A stretch of 64,000 nucleotides of DNA from positions 62,001 through 126,000 of the forward strand of contig NIVC01002635.1 of assembly GCA_002269645.1 (NCBI GenBank). Reading direction: 5' to 3'. Of this stretch, positions 10,810 to 21,548 are shown piece by piece. This stretch comes from Macrostomum lignano (Eukaryota). The notes under the pieces are model-generated. The model ran no database searches. It was not told the DNA's origin and worked only from the letters and a program-made list of their open reading frames with translations. A program made the translations under genes and the position numbers. Position 1 is the stretch's first letter. Each line of letters begins with the position of its first letter.

Positions 10810-11529
10810 GCCAGGGAAGTTCCGCTTCTCTATGTCCATATCTATGAACATGTTCTCAGAATGCTCACTTTTACATTTAGACAAGAGACAACAAGAAAGA
10901 CCCAACGAGACTACTGTTAACAGAGTGAGCAGCAAGCGTTTATCAAACGAATTTTATTAGTGTGTGAAAATCACGCAAACTTTCCGTTCAGGCACTGCAA
11001 CGGCAGTAAAAGCACTGCAGTTCTGCAGCACTACTGAGATCGCTATGATAGCCACCTAGCCATAGTCAGCTGGATGCTTCTAGAGCTTCCGGCCTCTGCT
11101 GCATATTGGCAAAGCGTTTCATGATTTGTTATTGTTAAACTGGCAAGAATAGATTTCGAAAGTGAAAATTTACGGAATTATCAAGAGTAGTGTTTTGAAT
11201 TTTAGCAAAGTTATTATAAAATTACAATCACAAGTATCAAAAGTAGTCAGGTTTGTATTAGAATATAAATACAGAATTATGATTTACTGGAAAATTATTG
11301 GTTATCGTACGATCGCCAGCATGCAAATCAACCGATAATTCGATGTCCTCTCTCCGACATAGATTCTCTTATCAGACCTCCCCCCAAATTGTATTTCCGC
11401 TATTTGTATTTGCGGGGCAACACAAGGTTAGTAGATACAAAACTGAATAAAGTTTGTCACAATTGGGCACAGCTCAAAGCTCCGATGCGATTTTCCGAAT
11501 GGAAGCTTTCAATATAAAATGCCACTGCG

Positions 11530-14194
11530 CTACTGCTGTGTCTTCTTATTCCCTTTGTGCAGCAGCGAGGTGAGGTACAGGTTCAGCGCCAGGTCGCTGC
11601 CCGCAAGGTTCGCATTGAAGCTGCGCCTGCATTTGGGACACCTGGCCTCTAAAGTGTGTCCCGAGAACTCCGACACCAGAGACTCCTCACCGCACAGCGG
11701 GCACCTGTACATGCATGTCTGCAGACCCTTCAGTGAGGCGAACAGCTTTTCAGCGACGCCCGGTCCGCGCTCTCTGAAGGCGGCTCTCTCGGCCTCAGTC
11801 AGCTGCTCCTCGGTCCAGAACACATCGATGAACTTCATCCTGAGCACGGCTGCGCTCTGCACTCTGAAGAAGCCGCCGTCGCCCCAGCCGGAGCCCCACG
11901 AGTTCATCAGCCTCAGGCTGTGTCTGTCGAAGCTCATCAGCACCACCGCGTGTCCGAACAGCTCAGAGTCTCCCCGAGCTCCGAGTCCACCGGTGAGGTC
12001 GGACTGAGTGAGAATGCCTTCGGGATTCTGCTTGAAGAACTGCCTGAAGCTGCCCCACTCGCTCTTAGTGAGGTGGAACCTCGCCACGACTGGCCGCTTG
12101 GCGATGACGGCGTCCAGCGCGGCTCTCTCATCGACCTCCTTGCACTGCAGCCGGTACTCCGGGCACACTGTCCGCAGCACCTCGACTGTGCGGGCTCTGC
12201 GCTGTCCGAACTGAGTGACGATCTCGTCTCTGAGCTGGAAGAAGTCCGGATATCCGCCGTCCCGACCCACAACCCTGAGCATGCTCAGGTGCATGACGGT
12301 CGCCGACGCGACTGCATAGCAGGTGAGCTCCGACTGTCGCTGCGGCTCGAAGCCCTCGTTGGCCCTGTTGATGTACAGGTCGAGGTCCACGTCGGCCAGC
12401 ACGTCCGACAGCGCGTCCTGCGAGCACACGCAGCTCTTGGCGATGTCGCAGACCTCATCGATGAGGTCGGGGTGATTGATCTGGAAGAACAGTCGGGTCT
12501 CATTGTTGTCGGTGTCGATTGTCCAGCCTTTTCGGATGAACAGGGTTCTGGGGACCTTCTGGGTGGAGACTGTCGAGGCCATGTGGAACATAAATTTAGC
12601 AGGTCGATCCCAGCCACTGTCGAGTGTGCTGTAGAGCCGTCGCGGGTCAGAGATGTCAGTGTCCGTGATGAAGCAGGACACGACCGTCACCCCGAGATTG
12701 TGCAGTTTCTGTCGCATCTCAGTGTCTCGGCTGCCGCTGCTGTCCGCCGGCTCTCCATCAGAAAGGATGAAGAGCAGCTTGAACTCAGTTTTGCGTTTCT
12801 CGCTACAAAAAATATTTTTCGATGTCTCGAGAGCCTCCATCAGCGGGGTGCCTCCGTAGATGAAGGGCTCGATGGTGTCCAGGAGCTCCGTGATTCGCTC
12901 GTCAGTCAGCTCAGCGTCTTCGTTGCAGGAGTGCAGGATTTTCTGAGCTTCATCTGGGGCAAAGACGGACAAAGGAGTCAACTGAGTCAAAGGACTCAAT
13001 GCCCTCAACTCATTCTCCGCTCTCCTTCTTTCAGCTTCTGCTTCTGCTTCTACTTCTGCTTTTACTTCTGTTTCTTTCTGCTTCTTTTTGGCGTTAAGGA
13101 AGTTTTCACATTTGTTCACAACAGCTCTAACTTCGGAGTCCGTCCCCAACAACGGGTCTTCTGACCCCACAAACGAACCAAGAAATCCAGAAGTGACTCT
13201 CGCGGCTTCGCTCGCCCAGTGAAAATTTCGGCACTGCTCAGGCAGATAATCATCAACAACTTTTCGTTTGAATTCCGAGTCGGTTTGCAGAGCGTCCAGA
13301 ATGACGCAGGCAGTTCGCTTGTCTCTTATATTCCTGTCCACCATGTCCGCTGTGGCCCAACTCCGAACTCTCGGCGCTCCACTGGACTCAAGGATGGAGA
13401 GAGCTCGGTCAATGATATCTTGCTTTGAAGAAGATTCTAACCTCTTTATTCGGTCTTCATACTCCTGCTTCTTTCTTCTGGCCTCATCTTCCAGCTCCTG
13501 TTTTTTCCTGTCCAGTTCTTGCTTTCCCCTCTCCAGCTCTTGCTTTTTACGGTCCAGCTCTGGTTTTCTCCTCTCCAGCTCTTCCCTTTTTCTCTGCCCA
13601 GCCTCCAGTGAGGCCAAGATGTCGAACACTGTGGGCTGTGACTCAGCTCCCACGCCGCCCAGGAACACCTGGTTGGTCGGTGACACGTCGTGCTCGACCA
13701 GCTGGTCGGCCACCTGGAAGATGGAGCGGACCCACTTGTTCTTCGATGCGTAGCTGGCCGCGCCCGCTGCCTGCTGGCAGTCGAAGCTGCGCTGCATGGA
13801 GCCGGAGACGTCCAGCAAAGCTCCGGTGAGCACCGACCTCACGTGACGCTCCTGCAGTGTCGGTGGAAAGTTCAGCTTGACATGCAAAACCTTTTAGCTA
13901 CAAATGTGTGTTTAAAATCTGTAGAACATGAAGTAGTGCTCATTTATGTGGTTCATTGTATAATGATATGATTTCAATTCATAAATTCTATAAAGGTGCA
14001 TCCTTTAATTCTATTTTAGCGTCTGATACATAAATAACTTTATTATAAAATATTTGTACTTAGTGAATTTAAGATATAGAAATTATGATAATGAAAAATA
14101 TCTTTCATTCTGTTCAAGAGAGGAAGAACAACCAGTTCATTCTGTTTAATTTTTTCTGAATTTCGGAAAGCAGAAACTTCGTGCAGCTTACCAT
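11530..14194 (-). CDS. Split-VWA / coiled-coil / papain-like (C1A) cysteine protease / Zn-ribbon protein, paralog 1 (~774 aa)
   Basis: Exon 1 coding = ATG 14194-14192; intron 14191-13852 (GTAAGC...CTGCAG); exon 2 13851-11530. MIDAS motifs LLDVSGSM, YGGTPL, FILSDGE. Protease QRQSELTCYA, GHAVVLM, MNSWGSGWGDGGFFRV. Zn ribbon CPLC-x17-CPKC. Confidence 0.85.
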
Positions 14195-14510
14195 TGAGAA
14201 TCCTTTCAATTTTTGGCTCAAGTTGTGGCTTTACTTAAGGAGAACTGGCAGCACTGACTGGAATAATTCAAATTATGTATAAATTCATTATCGCAACAGA
14301 TAGAAAACTGGAATCTTTAATAAAGGCCCAATAGTTTAGGTAAATGGAAAATATTTCTAATTTGCTTTAACAAATAGCATTCAAACGTTGATTTCCTTCC
14401 AGTGAAATTAACGTTTGTTTTATTTAGTTAAAATATCCGGAAAAATTATTTAGAATTTAAAACAGTATCATGCACTGGTTGTGCGAGATTGAGTGAGTGC
14501 TGACCGGGTG

Positions 14511-14790
14511 CGCCTTCACCTCTGCAATGCAGCATCACATCAATCACCTTCACCTCACTAATGCAGCATTGCATCACTCGCATTCACCTCACCAATGCAG
14601 CATCACATCATTCGCTTCCACCTCACTAATGCAGCATTGCATCACTCGCCTTCACCTCACTAATGCAGCATTGCATCACTGCCTTCACCTCACTAATGCA
14701 GCATTGCATCACTGCCTTCACCTCACTAATGCAGCATTGCATCATTCGCCTTCACCTCACTAATGCAGCATTGCATCATTCGCCTTCACC
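14511..14790. repeat. 34-bp minisatellite (CACTAATGCAGCATTGCATCACTCGCCTTCACCT), about 8 degenerate copies
   Basis: Direct observation; the same repeat lies upstream of paralogs 2 and 3. Confidence 0.9.
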
Positions 14791-15929
14791 GCCTTGAAAA
14801 TTGCATTTGATAAAGCTTCTGTTAAGCTTTTAGATTTTTGCGCTTTGATAAACAATTCTGTATGTACATTCGAGTTTTTAGGTCTGGAGTCTTCTTGATA
14901 GCCGATAAAGTTCAGCTTATAATTTCAGGTTTTAATACCGAAATAAATCAAAGCAAGTCTTTTTTGCAGCGCTGTGCTCGGGTGCACTGATGAGCAACCT
15001 CCGGCTCTCAGTCAAGGGTGCCAGGCACTGCACTGCAACACGTTTCTTTCTCTCTGCGCCCCCTAAGCTGCTAACTTGATTGTGCCCCACCCCATTTTCT
15101 CTGCCCTTCTAAGTTGTTTACACACAAGACCTGCGACCGCCCCACTCCCCCACCCCCATTCTGCTGTGATTGGCTGACCGGCCCCCAGCTGTCAACACCC
15201 AGCTGCCTGTGCTCTCTTCTGCCTTCTCATTGGCTGCTGGTTTTCGTGTAATTTTGGACCTTGTTTGAGCTCGTGGGTCTTCAGACCCTGGGGCTAAAAG
15301 TCAATGAACCCAAATATAAGATGTGTGGGCAGCCGGCAGGGCATGTGCCTGCTGATTGTGGGTAATTGCGCGTGTCTGCTCGTTTGCTTCGAGGGTGACC
15401 CTGCATATTGTACGGGACAGTCATAGGGACGGGCTGACCACGTCTCTCGAAGTCATAGAGACGAACGATCAGATTCCGAAGTTAGTCTAGCCAGGGCGAC
15501 TGACTCCATCAAGTGCTCACTGCTCTGAATTTCTTGGGAATAACTGGGAAGCACACGATCGGTTTAACGGCCGCGTCACAACACCAGCAAACTGCGTTTT
15601 CCCAGTAGAAGATACCCGTCAGAAATTGTATTGCGCTTCCGCTGCTACTGATGGTCTTTGCAACATCTGAAACGTCCGAAATGCATAGAGAAATACGTCA
15701 GGGGCCCTGTCTCCGTTTTACCATGTTTTCATTCCACAACAAAATCCAAAAATCTAAATGATAAAAGCAGATAGTATACTTTGTTCCTCACAAAAATGGA
15801 AGGCCGGTAAAGTAGGAATACATTGTCGAAATCTGTACTTTTCTTTTCTTATTTTTTCTTTTTCTTTTCTGAAGAAAAAGAATTTTCTTTAAATCCAGTG
15901 AATGTTTGATTGTCTCTCGGATACTGGAA

Positions 15930-16195
15930 AGTGCTAGTCAGTGCCAGTCAGTGCCAGTCAGTGCCAGTCAGTGTCAGTCAGTGCCAGTCAGAGCCAGTTA
16001 GAGCCAGTCAGTGCCAGTCAGAGCCCGTTAGAGCCAGTCAGTGCCAGTCAGTGCCAGTCAGAGCCAGTCAGTGTCAGTCAGAGCCAGTCAGTGCCAGTTA
16101 GAGCCAGTCAGTGCCAGTCAGAGCCCGTTAGAGCCAGTCAGTGTCAGTCAGAGCCAGTCAGAGCCAGTCAGAGCCAGTCAGTGCCAGTCAGTGCT
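15930..16195. repeat. 10-bp tandem repeat AGTGCCAGTC/AGAGCCAGTC
   Basis: Direct observation. Confidence 0.95.
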
Positions 16196-16582
16196 AATTG
16201 ATAGACTTGGGACACAACACACTGTGATTCGCACGAAAAACTGCAAAAATTACTACTTACAATACAAAAGCGCGATTCTTCTCGGCTTCAGGTACTGAGA
16301 AATAAGCAAAAGAAATACTCTCGTAGATATAAATTTATTTCAGCAAGCCAAAATTGATAAGTTTACAAAAAGAGAAATCCGAAGATATTGAAAATTCTCC
16401 AAATCTGTCAACAAGCAGCCAGCATCTTGCTGCTATTAAAAGATCGCAGTTTATGATCGATATGTGAAAGAGCGAGCAGGTGATGTGCAGGTTCCCATTT
16501 AAGACGCCCAGCCCCCAAGCGTGCGTCCTGAAGGCTCCGACGCGATAGACTGACTCAGTAAGACTGGCAACCTTACTTCCAA

Positions 16583-16740
16583 CTCTGCGGACCCTTCAGC
16601 GAGACGACCAGTCAGTCTCTCAGCGCCCTGTGAACGCGGCTCTGTCGGCCTCAGTCAGCCGCTCCAGAACACATGAATGGAACAAATCCAGGCCGGTACT
16701 CCGGACACTTCCTTCAGCACATTGACTGCCTGAGCTGCAG
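16583..16740 (-). pseudogene. Collapsed relic of a VWA-protease paralog (protease-domain pieces)
   Basis: Pieces match the intact genes: AQAVNVLKEV..PEYR vs ARTVEVLRTVCPEYR, LTEADRAAF vs LTEAERAAF, SLKGPQS vs SLKGLQT, with internal deletions and frameshifts. Confidence 0.75.
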
Positions 16741-16747
16741 ACAGCTA

Positions 16748-17238
16748 GACAGCTGATTATCGCATTGGGAACAGAAGCAGCTGGGAGACAAGGACAGCTG
16801 ATTATCGCATTGGGAACAGAAGCAGCTGGGAGACAAGGACAGCTGATTATCGCATTGGGAAGAGAAGCAGCTGGGAGACAAGGACAGCTGATTATCGCAT
16901 TGGGAACAGAAGCAGCTGGGAGACAAGGACAGCTGATTATCGCATTGGGAAGAGAAGCAGCTGGGAGACAAGGACAGCTGATTATCGCATTGGGAACAGA
17001 AGCAGCTGGGAGACAAGGACAGCTGATTATCACATCGGGAACAGAAGCAGCTGGGAGACAAGGACAGCTGATTATCGCATCGGGAACAGAAGCAGCTGGG
17101 AGACAAGGACAGCTGATTATCGCATCGGGAACAGAAGCAGCTGGGAGACAAGGACAGCTGATTATCGCATCGGGAACAGAAGCAGCTGGGAGACAAGGAC
17201 AGCTGATTATCGCATCGGGAACCGAAGCAGCTGGGAGA
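16748..17238. repeat. 45-bp minisatellite, about 11 copies
   Basis: Unit GACAGCTGATTATCGCATTGGGAACAGAAGCAGCTGGGAGACAAG. Confidence 0.95.
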
Positions 17239-18202
17239 GGAGAAGAGAGGAAGAGAAGAGAGTGACATGAAGATGGGAATACAAAGATCAATCAAAGGCA
17301 TATTTCAACGCTTCTGTTCTTTCACGGAAAAAACTGCAAAAAGTTTTAGACTAAGCCGTCTCAAACCAGTTTCATCTTCTCAAATCCCGAATCGCGCGTA
17401 AGTCGGTCTTGGCTGATGATGAGTAGCCATGGCGCGTTGCAGTTACCAGAGGCGCACAATTCAACCAAAGCGTACCTGTACAGTCTGTTACAGGTAGTTA
17501 CCAAGTACACAGACTGCCTAGAGGCTGCCAAGTTCAGTCTGAACTGGTTAAATTCTCTCCTTTCTAGCTGGATCATCGCAAGGGACTTGAGATGATTAAG
17601 AATTATCAATAATTATGTTAGTAACTACTGAGAGTAGCATGCCAGTCACCTTGCAGCTTCCTTTCTACTAGAATTGTTTAATTTTCATGGTCTCAGCTGC
17701 TCAGATCAGGTGAAAACGGCCTCTGTAACCGGTTTCTCTGGCAGTTGCGCACATCATTAACTGAACTTCCATTTTGGCAAAGAGACAAAAATAGAAATTA
17801 AATCTCTGTGAGCGGTTCGAGCACTGCATTGTGAGGCCAGACGTCTCTCCTCACAAACTGCTTGCTTTCTTATTTAACACTGCGGTGAACCCTTGAAATA
17901 CAAGGGCTGAGAGAACTCTTATTTATGACAGCCACTGACGCAACAAATAAAATATTGCAGTTTTGCCTCTGGGCAATTTGCAGATGATGCGCTTGAGACA
18001 AAAAGGCCTCAGTTTAAACTGAGCCAAGGCTGCGGCCCGCGCTCTCTCTGCGCTCGGTGGCGAGATGGTCAGAGATTTTTCAGCTCTTGCGTTCTCATTG
18101 GATTATGAGAACACAACTTCTGTGCGAGGTGCGGTTTCCAATGAACTGTCCCTGCATTTATTTTGCTCACTCTGTTTTTATCCTCTGTCTGCTATTAAAA
18201 GA

Positions 18203-18337
18203 AGGATAACTGGCTACTCAGGGTCTGGTGGGGCAGCTGATGGCTGGAGATGAGAGTCAGGTGAGCAGATGAGGATAATTGGCTACTCAGGGTCTGGTGG
18301 GGCAGCTGATGGCTGGAGATGAGAGTCAGGTGAGCAG
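18203..18337. repeat. Two copies of the 69-bp unit that is expanded at 34861-52064
   Basis: Same unit and the same unique flanks (gctattaaaaga... and ...aaccaaaa.gtttagaaactggagg) as the large array. Confidence 0.9.
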
Positions 18338-18713
18338 GGGAGAACCAAAATGTTTAGAAACTGGAGGCGAAGAGATGGAAGAATGCCGCAATGATTTTCA
18401 TGGCACTTTCAACTGTAGCCATGACAATTTTAATCGAGAAAGAAGAAAGAAGCTGTTGTCTTGTGCGTCATGCTGTGACTCAATTTCATTCGTCGTTTGG
18501 CCCTTTAAACTTGCATTCTCACAGCGCAATCCCGAGCGCACCCAAGCAACTCCAATGTACGCAGGAAGATTCGGACTGCACTGCTCAGTTCGAACTTCTC
18601 CGAGCTGCACCTGCGCATTGAGTAAACTGCACTGCTGCACTCTTGTGAACACTCAGGAGAGAAAATTTTGAGCACGACTGGCCAAGCTTAGATGCGTATT
18701 GAATTTATATTAA

Positions 18714-19730
18714 AGAGGAGAGGAGAGGAGAGAGAGGAGAAGAGAGGAGAGGAGAGGTGAGGAGAGGAGAGGGAGGAGAAGAGAGGAGAGGAGAGGAGAG
18801 GAGAGGAGAGGAGAGGGAGGAGAAGAGAGGAGAGGAGAGGAGAGGAGAGGAGAGGAGAGGAGAGGAGAGGAGAGGAGAGGAGAGGAGAGGAGAGGAGAGG
18901 AGAGGAGAGGAGAGGAGAGGAGAGGAGAGGAGAGGAGAGAGGAGAGGAGAGGAGAGGAGAGGAGAGGAGAGGAGAGGAGAGGGAGAGGAGAGGAGAGGAG
19001 AGGAGAGGAGAGGAGAGGAGAGGAGAGGAGAGGAGAGGAGAGGAGAGGAGAGGAGAGGAGAGGAGAGGAGAGGAGAGGAGAGGAGAGGAGAGGAGAGGAG
19101 AGGAGAGGAGAGGAGAGGAGAGGAGAGGAGAGGAGAGGAGAGGAGAGGAGAGGAGAGGAGAGGAGAGGAGAGGAGAGGAGAGGAGAGGAGAGGAGAGGAG
19201 AGGAGAGGAGAGGAGAGGAGAGGATAGGAGAGGAGAGGAGAGGAGAGGAGAGGAGAGGAGAGGAGAGGAGAGGAGAGGAGAGGAGAGGAGAGGAGAGGAG
19301 AGGAGAGGAGAGGAGAGGAGAGGAGAGGAGAGGAGAGGAGAGAGGAGAGAGGAGAGGAGAGGAGAGGAGAGGAGAGGAGAGGAGAGGAGAGGAGAGGAGA
19401 GGAGAGGAGAGGAGAGGAGAGGAGAGGAGAGGAGAGGAGAGGAGAGGAGAGGAGAGGAGAGGAGAGGAGAGGAGAGGAGAGGAGAGGAGAGGAGAGGAGA
19501 GAGAGGAGAGGAGAGGAGAGGAGAGGAGAGGAGAGGAGAGGAGAGGAGAGGAGAGGAGAGGAGAGGAGAGGAGAGGAGAGGAGAGGAGAGGAGAGGAGAG
19601 GAGAGGAGAGGAGAGGAGAGGAGAGGAGAGGAGAGGAGAGGAGAGGAGAGGAGAGGAGAGGAGAGGAGAGGAGAGGAGAGGAGAGGAGAGGAGAGGAGAG
19701 GAGAGGAGAGGAGAGGAGAGGAGAGGAGAG
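18714..19730. repeat. (GAGAG)n pentanucleotide microsatellite
   Basis: Direct observation. Confidence 0.97.
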
Positions 19731-19793
19731 AATAACCAATTGTATCGCGCCACCAGACTCTCTACTTGACTAATCCAGCTCACACTGCAAAAC

Positions 19794-20491
19794 CAAGGAC
19801 GACTTAAGTAGAAGGACGGGAAACCTCGTTTCTTAGAAAATTTTTGAAGGCACTTTTTCCCGAAAAAATACACTACGGAGATAGGAAATTTTCATTTTTT
19901 CAGCACAAAAATTGCTATTACTTTTGATAGGAGGCAGATCCAGTGCTCATCTTTTGATATGTTGTGCCTTTTTTATTGCTCTATCGATATTTATAAAGCT
20001 TTTCGTTCAGAAAATTAGGATTATATGTCAATTTTTTATTCTACGTACATTTCCTGTATCTGAAAATCACAAAAATGCATGACGCAGCTCCAATATTTGC
20101 TTTTATGAACCTGTTTTATCATCTCTGTTACGAATATTTGCTAAACAGTCAGTTAAGAATGATAAAATAGACTTCTAAAACCAAAGAGCCGAGCCGTGGC
20201 ATTCTAATGTATTTCAATCACAAGACACGTGAAAATATACGGAGAATAAAAAATTTACATAGAATCCTAATTTTCTGAACTAAAAGCTTTATAGATATCG
20301 ATAGAGCAATAAAAAAGGCACAACATATCAAAAGATGAGCACTGGATCTGCCTCCTATCAAAAGTAATAGCAATTTTTGTGCTGAAAAAATGAAAATTTC
20401 CTATCTCCGTAGTGTATTTTTTCGGGAAAAAGTGCCTTCAAAAATTTTCTAAGAAACGAGGTTTCCCGTCCTTCTACTTAAGTCGTCCTTG
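19794..20491. mobile_element. hAT-type MITE (698 bp)
   Basis: TIRs of about 260 bp (19794-~20053 and ~20231-20491) beginning CAAGGACGAC. 8-bp TSD TGCAAAAC (19786-19793, 20492-20499). No ORF. The paralogous site near 52772 is empty. Confidence 0.88.
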
Positions 20492-21548
20492 TGCAAAACT
20501 TGAAGCAAAAAAAATTTCTCATCAAACTTCTAATGAAATTTCTTTCCAGTTAGAATTTCGTTAGCCCTGGAGTGAGCTTGATTTGTTTTTATATTTAGTC
20601 CACAGCTGCGCACTAGAAAGAGAACTTCAGTTTTGCCTGCAAAATCTGCCAGTATCTCGAATGCACACCTGGCAGGTGCGCACCGCACAGTAAGCTGAAA
20701 CAGCAGAGAAATTTATGAAGCTGGACCATGCTAGCAACTGGGGCTTGAGACAATAGCCAATGACGGTCGCTCCTATGCTATAATTTTGACAGTCTGCGTC
20801 TTCACAATGCTCAGTGTCTTTCGAATAGAATATTGGCTGAGGTGGAAACTGTGCTGAAGCTCAAGGGTCTCACTAACGAGTTCGGAGAGCTAAGAAAACA
20901 TCTTGGCTCGTATGCTCAGGCATTGAGTCTCCCTGCTAAAGGGGCTGCACTCGGTGGCACGTGCTGGCGAACCACAAGACAGCTGGGGCAGCAAAGATAA
21001 GCATTGTGCTCTCGCATGTGTTTTTATCGGAAACTTCGAGCCGAAACAAAGTTTACAATTGTATGAGCCTATAAACAATAGTTAAGTTTACGATTGAAGG
21101 CTTGATGATGGATTTATTGAATAATCATTTATCTACATATTTGGTACAATCATAAAATGGCTTCCGATACTGGGTAATGACACAGGACATTGGGATTTGT
21201 ACAAATACAGGTGGGATACTAAGTGATGATACATCTAAAAGGCATTGGGATTTGAGCTGATACGCATGGGATACTGGGGAATGATGCAAGGCATGGGTAT
21301 GATGGGCATGAGCAGTCGACTACTCATTTTTTCATATTTTAGACATACCTATGTTGTCGATTACAGCCATTAGAGAGCAGGTTTAAAGACCTGATAAATT
21401 GATACCGCAAAAAAGGTTGAGATCATAAAAACATTGTTTTATTTAAAAATAGTCTGTGGATAAATATGTTAATTCTGAAGTAGTCTGAATGTTGCCAATA
21501 ACTCTGTTTCAAGAATTAGCTGCACTAAGCTTCACAAGCTCCACTGCA

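Noticed and set aside
11920-13164. Long plus-strand ORFs antisense to the protease genes (also 21489-23117, 54239-55288)
   Set aside because: Shadow ORFs of GC3-rich coding sequence; all conserved motifs are on the minus strand.
14982-15010. CTGATGA motif with a hairpin (also ~29720), suggesting a hammerhead or box C/D RNA
   Set aside because: No GAAA/stem III and no properly placed box D.
18705-19873. SSPLL / ERRGE repeat ORFs (also 52104-52826)
   Set aside because: Translations of the GAGAG microsatellite.
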